24,271 nucleotides of DNA from a virus (IMGVR_UViG_3300008255_000461:1-24271), one strand, 5' to 3'; counted from the stretch's first letter, positions 1 to 7,346 are shown. The notes: generated by a model from the letters alone, not told the origin. Numbers and translations: made by a program.

Positions 1-129
1 TGGCGTAGAGCGTGGCTGAAGCGCCGCAACCACCGCACGGCAAGCGCGTCCGTCAAGGCGCTGGTGAGAGCCTACCAAGACACCGGTATGACATTGACCG
101 ATGTGAAAAAACATACCGAGAACAGCTGA
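1..129 (+). CDS. 3' end of a hypothetical protein (truncated at the window edge); possible first cassette-like gene next to the attI-like site
   Basis: Frame 1 is open from base 1 (WRRAWLKRRNHRTASASVKALVRAYQDTGMTLTDVKKHTENS) to TGA at 127-129, inside the attI-like site. It is absent from the ORF track because no start is visible. Confidence 0.5.
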   Translation, partial: WRRAWLKRRNHRTASASVKALVRAYQDTGMTLTDVKKHTENS

Positions 130-135
130 TTAAGC
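117..135 (-). other. putative attI-like integron recombination site (simple site: L box, 5-bp spacer, R box)
   Basis: Bottom strand reads GCTTAAT-CAGCT-GTTCTCG, the same 7-5-7 geometry as attI1 (CCCTAAA-ACAAA-GTTRRRY). It lies 36 bp upstream of the IntI-like start with GTT pointing away from the integrase. The R box departs from GTTRRRY after GTT. Confidence 0.5.
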
Positions 136-171
136 CGCACCAATACTCCAATAAGAAGATAAAGGAACACC

Positions 172-1197
172 ATGAAATCCGCAGAAGCACTTGAAAAATA
201 CGAGCAATGGCTCATCCGCGAACGGCTCTCACCGCTTACCCGGGAAAGTTATCTCGGATGGGCGGAGCGCTATTTTCTTTTCAAGGATCCAAGCGGAACA
301 AAGAACGTGGAAGATCGAATCAGTAATTTCCTTTCCTCCTACTCCCGCCATTCCGAGGCTACGGTCAACCAGGCGCTCAATGCCCTGGCCGGGAAAAGCG
401 GTTTCTACGCCGCAATGGGCAGACCCGTCGGGCAACTCCCCCCTTGGGTGAACCCGTCCCGCCCAAAGAACATGCCCGTTTGGGTAACCCAAAGCGAAGG
501 GGAGTCAATCATCAAGCAACTCACCGAGCCTTGGGCGGTAATGGCTGGGCTCATGCTAGGATCCGGCCTAAGGATAGGTGAGTGCGTTTCCCTCAGATGG
601 AGGGACTTCGATTTCGAGAGGCTCACGGTCACCATCCGCAGAGGGAAAGGTAACAAGGATCGGGTCACTGTCCTTTCGCGCCGAATGGTAGAACCGCTAC
701 GCCAGCGCATGGAACGCTGCCGTGGACTCTGGCAGGAAGACAGGGAGAAAAGCCGCCCTGGCGTAGCCCTTCCCTCCGGAGTAGCGAGGAAATGCCCTTC
801 GTTTGGAAGGGATTTCCCATATTTCTGGGTATTCCCCGCCGCCGGAGAAAGCACGGACAAGGCCAGCGGGATCACCCGCCGGCATCACATCCACCGCAAG
901 AGCCTTTCGCCGCCGCTCCGCACCGCCTGCGCCCGTGCCAAGCTCCACAAGCGGATCACCGCCCACTCCTTCCGCCATGGATTTGCAACGATGTATCTGT
1001 TGGCGGGCGGAAACCTGCGCGAACTCCAGCGCCTCATGGGACATGCCCACATGGAGACCACGGAGATTTACATCCACTGTCTCCCCTCCCACACCGACCG
1101 CATCGGAAGCCCGTGGGATGTAGAGACATCCCGGGAACCCTCGCCAATTCTGCAGTTTCCGCGTAAATTGGAACCACACCAATTCAAGGCCTTATGA
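172..1197 (+). CDS. intI: integron integrase-like tyrosine recombinase (IntI family)
   Basis: Catalytic motifs GLRIGE, RGKGNKDR, HSFRH, MGH and TTEIY. IntI-type N-terminus (SPLTRESYLGWAERY, ATVNQALNAL). IntI-specific insertion between patch II and box II (GVALPSGVARKCP...YFWVFPA...RRHH). C-terminal SPWD resembles IntI SPLD. SD-like AAGGA at 162-166. Confidence 0.88.
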   Translation: MKSAEALEKYEQWLIRERLSPLTRESYLGWAERYFLFKDPSGTKNVEDRISNFLSSYSRHSEATVNQALNALAGKSGFYAAMGRPVGQLPPWVNPSRPKNMPVWVTQSEGESIIKQLTEPWAVMAGLMLGSGLRIGECVSLRWRDFDFERLTVTIRRGKGNKDRVTVLSRRMVEPLRQRMERCRGLWQEDREKSRPGVALPSGVARKCPSFGRDFPYFWVFPAAGESTDKASGITRRHHIHRKSLSPPLRTACARAKLHKRITAHSFRHGFATMYLLAGGNLRELQRLMGHAHMETTEIYIHCLPSHTDRIGSPWDVETSREPSPILQFPRKLEPHQFKAL

Positions 1198-1697
1198 TCG
1201 CCCCCGAACTCATCCCCAGGAACCCAGCCCACCAGCGCTTTGCCGACCGCCACCTAGCCGGTGATTCGCTGGTGGACGCTTATCTCGCCGCCGGTTTCAA
1301 ATGCACGCGCACCAGCGCCATGCACGCCGGCAAGCGGCTGTTCAAGCGCAAGGACGTTCAGGCCTACATCAAGGCTATCCAAGCCAGCGCCGCCGATGAT
1401 TCCGTTCTCACCCTCCTCGAGCGCAGGCGCTTCTACGCCCGCATTGTGAGGACTCCCATCATGGCTATCGATCCGGAACACCCGGAACACAAGGACGGGG
1501 ATCTTATCCGGAAATACAAGCGCACCACCGACGAATTCAAGGACAACTGGGAAATCGAAAAGCTCGACCCGCTGAAAGCCTGCGAACTCGACACCAAGGC
1601 AGCCGGGGAGGATACCGAAGCCAATGGCCTATCCGAGCTTGCCGCGGCTATCAGTTCCCTTGGATCCGCCGGCCCCATCCCGACCGGGAAGCTGTAA
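1194..1697 (+). CDS. terS: terminase small subunit
   Basis: N-terminal HTH pattern (HQRFADRHLAG...AYLAAGF...AGKRLFKRKDVQAYI) typical of TerS. Directly upstream of terL; ATGA overlap with the integrase stop. Confidence 0.8.
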   Translation: MIAPELIPRNPAHQRFADRHLAGDSLVDAYLAAGFKCTRTSAMHAGKRLFKRKDVQAYIKAIQASAADDSVLTLLERRRFYARIVRTPIMAIDPEHPEHKDGDLIRKYKRTTDEFKDNWEIEKLDPLKACELDTKAAGEDTEANGLSELAAAISSLGSAGPIPTGKL

Positions 1698-3271
1698 TGG
1701 ATGGACTCCTAAAACTTCTCAAAAGCTCACCGCTCCAATCCCGCGAATGGAGATTGCAAAACATCTACACCATCCGCGACGCGGGCGGGCAGCTCGTAAA
1801 ATTCAAACCCAACTCCGACCAGCGGAAATTCTACAACCGTTTTCACAACTGCAACCACATTTTAAAAGCCCGAAAACTTGGATTCTCCACATGGACCAAG
1901 ATCCTCGCCACAGACGCCATGCTCTTCCCGTGGTCAAACGACGGCCTCTCCATCGGCCACATCGACTATTCACTCCCGGACGGTAAGAAAAAGCTCAAGA
2001 TGATCGCCGAAGCCTACGAAAACCTTTCCAACGGCACCATCCACCCGGACACCTACAAACTGGGCGAAACCATCCAGAAGGCAATCTCCCTCCGGGCGGG
2101 AAAGGAAGAGCTTTCCATGTCCAACGGCTCCGAAGCCTGGTGCTCCACATCCTTACGTGGATCGACTCCCCAATGGCTTGACATTTCCGAGCTTGGGAAA
2201 ACCGCCATCTTCGCCCCCATCAAGGCGGAGGAAATCCGATCCGGTGCGTTGAACTCGATCACTCCGGGAAACGTGGTCAACATCGAATCCACCCACGAAG
2301 GCGGAGAGGCCGGACTCCACTACGAGCTGCTTGATATCTGCATGAACGCGGACGACTCCACACTCTCCGAGGTGGACTTCCGTTTCCACTTCTTCGCATG
2401 GCACAATGATCCCCGCTACGCCCTCCCCGCCACCGGGAAGCTACGCCCGGAGATTGCCGCCTACTTCGCCCGCCTCTCCGCCTCCCACCCTGAATTGAAA
2501 TTCACCCCGGAACAGATGTTCTGGTATGACCGCAAGCAGAACGTCCAGAAGTATGCCATGAAAAAGGAATTTCCCACCACCCCCGGCGAGGCCTTCGAAG
2601 CCATCGGACAATTCGCCATCTACGGGAAGGAAATGGCCGACCTGGTTGCCGCCGGACACATCACAAATTTCGGGATGGAAAAACACAGCCCCATTTTCAC
2701 ATTCTGGGATATCGGCCTCTCCGACTACACCGCCGTCTGGCTCATCCAGCCGCACGCACGATGGTTCCTTGTCCTCGACTGGTTCGAGGCCGAGGGACAG
2801 CCGGGAAGCTCCATGCCAGACCAAATGCTCCGCTGGGAAAACAAATGGAACAAGCCGATCTCCGCCCACTTCCTCCCCCACGATGCCGAGACCCGCAGCC
2901 CCAACGATGGGAAGTCCTACAAGACCGCCCTCGCAGACGCCGGCCTCCGCAACATCATCGTTGTCCCCCGCACCCCGGACAAATGGCTGGGAATCGGCTA
3001 CGTCCGGGACTTGCTCCCACATTGCTGGTTCCATAGCGAAAACTGCGACACGCCAAGGGAACAGGACGGTCGCAAGCTCCCCTCCGGTGTTGCCAGCCTC
3101 AAAGGCTACCATAAGCAAATCACCCCCGCGAACAAGACCCTCCGGGAACAGCCGGAACACGACCAATTCTCCCACTCCTGCGATGCCTTCCGCACCTTCG
3201 CCGAAGCACACCGACGGGGAATGATAAACGCCCCCAGCACCATGAACCACACACCCCGCTCGATCCGGTGA
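1697..3271 (+). CDS. terL: terminase large subunit
   Basis: Walker A-like ILKARKLGFST, Walker B-like WLDISE, coupling motif EST, and RNase H-like nuclease motifs FWDIGLSD and SHSCDAFR. TAATG coupling to terS. Confidence 0.93.
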   Translation: MDGLLKLLKSSPLQSREWRLQNIYTIRDAGGQLVKFKPNSDQRKFYNRFHNCNHILKARKLGFSTWTKILATDAMLFPWSNDGLSIGHIDYSLPDGKKKLKMIAEAYENLSNGTIHPDTYKLGETIQKAISLRAGKEELSMSNGSEAWCSTSLRGSTPQWLDISELGKTAIFAPIKAEEIRSGALNSITPGNVVNIESTHEGGEAGLHYELLDICMNADDSTLSEVDFRFHFFAWHNDPRYALPATGKLRPEIAAYFARLSASHPELKFTPEQMFWYDRKQNVQKYAMKKEFPTTPGEAFEAIGQFAIYGKEMADLVAAGHITNFGMEKHSPIFTFWDIGLSDYTAVWLIQPHARWFLVLDWFEAEGQPGSSMPDQMLRWENKWNKPISAHFLPHDAETRSPNDGKSYKTALADAGLRNIIVVPRTPDKWLGIGYVRDLLPHCWFHSENCDTPREQDGRKLPSGVASLKGYHKQITPANKTLREQPEHDQFSHSCDAFRTFAEAHRRGMINAPSTMNHTPRSIR

Positions 3272-3597
3272 ACCCATACCTCCAAGCCCACACCGCCTAC
3301 CACTCCCACGGCGAGCAGGAAGTCACCTGGACGGAGGCCATGGAGTTCCACCTGCAGCGCGGAGCCGTTGTTTCAACCCCGGAAATCTTCGTCATGGCTC
3401 GCCCGGTGCATGACTTCCCGGAGAACCATCCGGATCTCGACTACACCGCCCCCTATTCCGATTGCTGGCACATCTACGCCGCCGCCGGTGACCTCCGCCA
3501 GCTCCTCGCCCTCGCCCGTTCCCACGGCATCCGGGAAGTGACCTTCCAGCGCAGAGGCCGCGAGCGCCTGCACAGCCTCCGCCTTGCCACCCCTTAA
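3268..3597 (+). CDS. hypothetical phage protein (109 aa)
   Basis: GTGA overlap with the terL stop; codon usage matches neighbours; the stop codon lies inside the first 15-bp box. Confidence 0.75.
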   Translation: MNPYLQAHTAYHSHGEQEVTWTEAMEFHLQRGAVVSTPEIFVMARPVHDFPENHPDLDYTAPYSDCWHIYAAAGDLRQLLALARSHGIREVTFQRRGRERLHSLRLATP

Positions 3598-3598
3598 A
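3584..3598 (+). promoter_or_regulatory. 15-bp box TTGCCACCCCTTAAA, copy 1 (putative late promoter/activator site)
   Basis: One of four exact copies. GAAGAT at 3622-3627 follows after 23 bp; the GTG start is 6 bp further on (3634). Confidence 0.75.
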
Positions 3599-3633
3599 GC
3601 GAATTTCCAGCCATCACGGGCGAAGATGCAGCC

Positions 3634-3819
3634 GTGAAGTCTCCAAAACCTCCCGCCGCCCCCGCTCCCGCTGCCGTCACCACAGCCAATTCCGCCGACG
3701 TTGCGCAGGACTCCGCCAGCGCCCGGAAAAAGGCCAGGGATCGCTATGATTTTTCCAAGACTTTGCTTCGCGGCACCGGCGGACAAATCCCGCAGGAGAT
3801 GAAAACCACCCTCGGATAA
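3634..3819 (+). CDS. small basic virion-associated protein upstream of portal (61 aa)
   Basis: Pro/Ala-rich N-terminus and basic C-terminus ending KTTLG, typical of the small pre-portal genes of T7/BPP-1-like phages. TAATG coupling to the portal gene. Confidence 0.7.
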   Translation: MKSPKPPAAPAPAAVTTANSADVAQDSASARKKARDRYDFSKTLLRGTGGQIPQEMKTTLG

Positions 3820-5462
3820 TGGAAAGAACCGCCATCGAGGAGATTTGCGAGATCGGCGCGGCCATGGATACCCGCCGCTTGCCGTGGGATTCCCTATGGC
3901 AGGAGCAGGCGGATATCTGCCACCCCCGCCGCAGCCTATCCCAGCACCGCGCACCGCACGGCATCACCCCGGAGCGCGGGCAGATCGCCAGTTCCTTCGA
4001 TGGCACCGCCCAGCGTGCCAACCGCACCCTCGCCAACGGCCAGGCCGCGCGGATCACTCCCATGGGGGCGCGATGGTTTGCACTCCGCCCGCCGGACGAC
4101 ATCGCCGACAGCCAGAGCGCCGTCTCATGGTATCAGTATTGCGGGGAAATCCTCGCCCGCGCCCTCTCCGCCTCCAATTTCTACAACATCGCCAAAGAGC
4201 ATTACCTCGACCGGGGAGCTTTCGGCACCGCAGCGACCGAATCCCTCGCCGGAAAGGGCGGGAAAGGCCTGCATTTCCGCTCCTACCCCATCGGCTCCTA
4301 TTCCGTCGCCGAGGATGATTTTGCCGAGATCGATACCCTCACCCGCCTGCTTCGCCTCACCCCCAAGCAGATCCTCCAGATGTTCGGGGAGGAAACCCCG
4401 GAATGCGTGATGAAAAAGCTCGCCGATCCCAACTCCGCCCTGGAGCCTCTGGAGATACGCCACACCATCCGCCCCCGCTCGATGCGGGATCCGCGCAAGA
4501 TCGACAAGAAGAACAAAGCATTCGAATCCACCTACATCCTCGTAAAGGAAAAGATCCTCCTCCGCGAGGAAGGATTCGATGAATTCCCGCTCGCCGTCTC
4601 CCGCTGGGAAACATGGGGGGATTCACCGTATGGCTGGGCGCCGTCATTGCTCGCCCTACCGGAAGCCTCCCAGGTGAATTTCATCGAACAGATGAAGGAC
4701 ACGCTCCTCGAAGTCTCCGCTTTCCCCCGCGTCCTCTACCCGTCAAACCTGAAAGGCGACGTAAATTTCCGCGCCCTCGGCCTCACCTGCTACGATCCAG
4801 CCAACGGCCAGACCCCGCAGGAATGGCTCACCGGCGGGCGCTACGACATCGCCAAGGACGGAGCCGCCGACAAGCGCCGTGCAATCGAGGAGGCTTTCTA
4901 TGTCCCCCTGTTCAACGCCGTGTCCCAGCTGGATCGCGATGTCACCGCCACGGAAGTCCGCGCCATCGTCTCCGAATCCCGCGAGCTGTTCCATCCCATA
5001 TTTGCCAACCTCATCCGCGAGTTCCAGGGGCCACTCCTCAAGCGGTGCTTCAACATCCTCCTCCGCCAGGGAGCATTCCCGCCGCCGCCGCCTTCCGTCC
5101 TCGGACAGTCCGCACTTGGCGCATTCATTGCCGAGCCTGCCGTCGAATACACCTCGACCATGGCGCTTGCCCTGGAGGCCACCCAGATCGCAAACTTTGC
5201 CGATTGCATCAACGTCCTTGCTCCGGTCGCGCAGTTCGACCCCAGCGTCTTCGATTTCCTTGACACCGACCGCATCGGCTCCGAGTTCTTCCGCTACAAG
5301 GGACTCCCGGAAAGTTTCATCCGCACCCCGGAGGCCGTCGAGGCCGTCCGCCAATCCCGCGCCGAGGCCATGCAGGCACAGCAGGCAGCCGAGGCAGCCA
5401 AGGCCGTCGGCAGCCTTGGCGGAGCGGAAGGAATCGAATCCCTCTCCAACCTCGCACAGTGA
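3819..5462 (+). CDS. portal protein (head-to-tail connector)
   Basis: 547 aa with motifs SNFY...YLDRGAFGTA, SRW...YGWAP and TATEV, and a Gln/Ala-rich helical C-terminus typical of podoviral head-tail connectors; follows terL. Confidence 0.92.
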   Translation: MERTAIEEICEIGAAMDTRRLPWDSLWQEQADICHPRRSLSQHRAPHGITPERGQIASSFDGTAQRANRTLANGQAARITPMGARWFALRPPDDIADSQSAVSWYQYCGEILARALSASNFYNIAKEHYLDRGAFGTAATESLAGKGGKGLHFRSYPIGSYSVAEDDFAEIDTLTRLLRLTPKQILQMFGEETPECVMKKLADPNSALEPLEIRHTIRPRSMRDPRKIDKKNKAFESTYILVKEKILLREEGFDEFPLAVSRWETWGDSPYGWAPSLLALPEASQVNFIEQMKDTLLEVSAFPRVLYPSNLKGDVNFRALGLTCYDPANGQTPQEWLTGGRYDIAKDGAADKRRAIEEAFYVPLFNAVSQLDRDVTATEVRAIVSESRELFHPIFANLIREFQGPLLKRCFNILLRQGAFPPPPPSVLGQSALGAFIAEPAVEYTSTMALALEATQIANFADCINVLAPVAQFDPSVFDFLDTDRIGSEFFRYKGLPESFIRTPEAVEAVRQSRAEAMQAQQAAEAAKAVGSLGGAEGIESLSNLAQ

Positions 5463-5779
5463 ACCCCAACCAACCAGACCATGCCCAAAGCAAAAAATCT
5501 GCAAGTGTCTCCCAAACCGGAGAACAAAGAAATCGCGCCGATATCCTTTCCGATACCCGAGCCACCTTCAACTCCGACCACGGAAAGCGCGAGCTCGCCC
5601 TCCTCCGCGATTCCGTCCGATACGACGAGCCCTCCTTCGTATTCACCACCGGGAGTCACACCGACCCCCTCCTCGCCGCCTTCCGCGACGGAAGGAAAAG
5701 CGTCATCCGGGAAATCATCCTCCGCCTCGAAACCCCGGAAGACAGCCCCGAGCCAAAGCAGCCCAAAGCCGTCCGCTGA
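5459..5779 (+). CDS. Bbp19-like small protein following portal
   Basis: Pattern TFNSDHGKRELALL...F...DPLLAAFRDGRKSVIREI matches the post-portal protein of BPP-1-like phages. GTGA overlap with the portal stop; start uncertain. Confidence 0.75.
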   Translation: MNPNQPDHAQSKKSASVSQTGEQRNRADILSDTRATFNSDHGKRELALLRDSVRYDEPSFVFTTGSHTDPLLAAFRDGRKSVIREIILRLETPEDSPEPKQPKAVR

Positions 5780-5966
5780 ACCGGCCAAACACCCCGTGCT
5801 AGGAACCGGCGGAATCGAATATATCACCTTTGCGGCCGCAACATTCTCCGACGAGAAATTCGCGGACTACTACGCCCACCGCGCCGCGCATCTCCTTGTT
5901 CTCCACGCCGACAAGGAGAAAGCCGCCGATGCCCTGGCCCGCCTCGAAACACTCATCCAAGCGTAG
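5481..5966 (+). CDS. hypothetical protein; either 161 aa overlapping the Bbp19-like gene, or 56 aa from GTG 5796
   Basis: The C-terminal ~60 aa (HPVLGTGGIEYITF...LARLETLIQA) fill the otherwise empty 5780-5966 gap and look protein-like. ATG 5481 has the ACC-ATG context shared by other starts in this window. Confidence 0.55.
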   Translation: MPKAKNLQVSPKPENKEIAPISFPIPEPPSTPTTESASSPSSAIPSDTTSPPSYSPPGVTPTPSSPPSATEGKASSGKSSSASKPRKTAPSQSSPKPSAEPAKHPVLGTGGIEYITFAAATFSDEKFADYYAHRAAHLLVLHADKEKAADALARLETLIQA

Positions 5967-6036
5967 GGAAGTCCTCCGGATGGACGCCACGCTCATAACG
6001 TGGCCGTAGTGGGTTCGATTCCCACCCCTGCAACCA
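5962..6036 (+). tRNA. tRNA with CAT anticodon (Met/fMet-like, atypical), encoded CCA
   Basis: Cloverleaf: CGTAGGG/CCCTGCA acceptor (C1xA72 mismatch, one T-G pair), D stem GTCC/GGAC, anticodon stem CCACG/CGTGG with loop CTCATAA (CAT 5994-5996), T arm GTGGG-TTCGATT-CCCAC, 3' A-CCA; 75 nt. Confidence 0.85.
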
Positions 6037-6051
6037 ATCTCCAAAACAACC

Positions 6052-6954
6052 ATGAAACCAAGAACCATACTAAGAAACGAAGCCGCCCCCGATGGCGGAG
6101 ACAACGGAGGCGGAGCCGCCACTATCACCACGCCCGCAGCAGCGGCAGCGGCCACACCCGCCGCCCCGCCCGCAGCATTCAATCCGGACGGCAGCTTTGC
6201 CGAAAACTGGACATCCGCCCTTGGCGACGAGTTCGCACCCCACGCCCAAAGCCTGAAAGACTTCAAGGACGTGAAGGGACTCGCCAAAAGTTACCTCCAT
6301 TTCCGTGGCACGGGCCCCGCTTATCCCACCGATCAATCCGCACCGGAGGACATCGCCCGCTTCCACTCCCTGGCGAAAGTCCCGGTCGAGGGAACACCCA
6401 CCGCCTACGGCCTCCAGATCCCCGAGGGCATCGCCCCGGAGGAAAAGGGCATGTATGACCGCATCGCCGCCGCAGCGCACAAGGCACACGCGCCCGCGCC
6501 CGTCGTCGCCGCCATCGTCGCCGAGTATCAGGCAATCCAGAACGAGGTTGTCTCCGCCGAGCAGGAGCGCCTGGCAGGCGAGGAAAAGGCAGCGCAAGAC
6601 CAGCTCGTCGCCAAGTGGGGCGGGAAGTTCGAGGAAAACTCCTCAATCGCCCGCCACCTCATCCAGACCATGGGGACATCCGCCGGCATCCCCGCCGATG
6701 ATCCGTCACTTGCCGCCATCATCAACAACCCGGCCTTCGCCCAGATCGCCGTGGAGTTCGCCAAGCACACCCAGGAGGATCGCACCCGCCTTCCCGCAGG
6801 ATTCGGCGACATCCGCAGCCCGCAGCAAAAGGCCAACGCCATCATGGACGGCTCCGATCCCGTCTGGGGCAAGAAATACACCCAAGGCACAGCCGAGGAA
6901 GCGCAGGCAGCCTACAACGAAGTTGCCCGCCTGCTCGCCGAGGCAAAGCAATGA
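6052..6954 (+). CDS. capsid assembly scaffolding protein (putative)
   Basis: Lies between portal and capsid. Low-complexity Ala/Gly/Pro N-terminus, FKDVKGLAKSY motif, P...Y segment and helical QLVAKWGGKFEEN segment, as in podoviral scaffolds. Confidence 0.8.
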   Translation: MKPRTILRNEAAPDGGDNGGGAATITTPAAAAAATPAAPPAAFNPDGSFAENWTSALGDEFAPHAQSLKDFKDVKGLAKSYLHFRGTGPAYPTDQSAPEDIARFHSLAKVPVEGTPTAYGLQIPEGIAPEEKGMYDRIAAAAHKAHAPAPVVAAIVAEYQAIQNEVVSAEQERLAGEEKAAQDQLVAKWGGKFEENSSIARHLIQTMGTSAGIPADDPSLAAIINNPAFAQIAVEFAKHTQEDRTRLPAGFGDIRSPQQKANAIMDGSDPVWGKKYTQGTAEEAQAAYNEVARLLAEAKQ

Positions 6955-6959
6955 AGATT

Positions 6960-7098
6960 TTCCCAACGGTGATCCCGAAGGCGACGGCCTAAGGCAAGCA
7001 CCTCAACCGAGACCTAACCGAAGGAGGGTGCATCCTCTTAGGCTCTAGTCAATCAACCCCGCTACGTTGTCCGGCGTAAGAAAGGCGGAGGTTGGGAA
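6960..7098 (+). ncRNA. candidate structured RNA downstream of the scaffold gene
   Basis: Nested complementary segments: TTCCCAAC 6960-6967/GTTGGGAA 7091-7098; GCCTAAG 6987-6993/CTTAGGC 7037-7043; GCACC 6998-7002/GGTGC 7027-7031; CCGC-TACG/CGTA-GCGG within 7059-7088. Followed directly by a terminator. Confidence 0.45.
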
Positions 7099-7101
7099 TC
7101 C

Positions 7102-7133
7102 AAAGCCCGTGTCTGAAAAGGCACGGGCTTTTT
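7102..7133 (+). terminator. intrinsic terminator
   Basis: AAAGCCCGTGTCT-GAAA-AGGCACGGGCTTT stem-loop with a T tract (TTTTT 7129-7133), just before box copy 2. Confidence 0.8.
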
Positions 7134-7137
7134 CGTA

Positions 7138-7152
7138 TTGCCACCCCTTAAA
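7138..7152 (+). promoter_or_regulatory. 15-bp box TTGCCACCCCTTAAA, copy 2 (putative capsid promoter)
   Basis: Exact copy; also shares downstream GCGA..ATTTCCA with copy 1. CAGATT at 7176-7181 follows after 23 bp. Confidence 0.75.
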
Positions 7153-7187
7153 GCGACAATTTCCACCGATTCCCGCAGATTCCAGAA

Positions 7188-7346
7188 CGTCAGGCGCAAG
7201 CCCCGGATCACTTCGCAAGAAGCCCGGTAAGCGAAACGCCCGCCGAACGGAGCGCATCCGCCAGGAGACGGCCCACGTGTGTGGACTACCGGAACCGAAT
7301 CAAGACCACCCCGATTCCATTCCAAAATCTACCACACACCACCACC
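7188..7346 (+). promoter_or_regulatory. structured 5' leader of the major capsid gene
   Basis: Hairpins CCGG-ATCA-CTTC-GCAA-GAAG-C-CCGG (7203-7227) and CGG-C-CCAC-GTGT-GTGG-ACTA-CCG (7269-7291), followed by an unstructured A/C-rich tract before ATG 7347. Confidence 0.5.

Noticed and set aside
111-170. LexA/SOS box upstream of the integrase (GAACA at 120-124 and 165-169)
   Set aside because: Only half-sites; no TGTTC-N4-GAACA or CTGT-N8-ACAG palindrome is present.
12-194. 60-aa ORF from the ORF track
   Set aside because: It overlaps the integrase start and the attI-like site; the open frame-1 ORF ending at 129 explains the region better.
5962-6036. tRNA as a prophage integration site (attL/attR)
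   Set aside because: It lies between co-oriented head genes, no duplicate 3' fragment is visible in the window, and phage genes continue on both sides.
6975-7050. c-di-GMP-I riboswitch or known self-cleaving ribozyme (CGGCCTAA resemblance)
   Set aside because: The conserved GCAAA/GACGCAAAG elements and the hammerhead CUGANGA/GAAA core are absent.
6961-7097. attC site (TCCCAAC ... GTTGGGA ends resemble R''/R' boxes, 137 bp)
   Set aside because: The segments at the L''/L' positions (TCCCGAAG vs AGAAAGG) are not complementary, and the interior folds as a multibranch structure rather than one long hairpin. An attC covariance-model scan would settle it.
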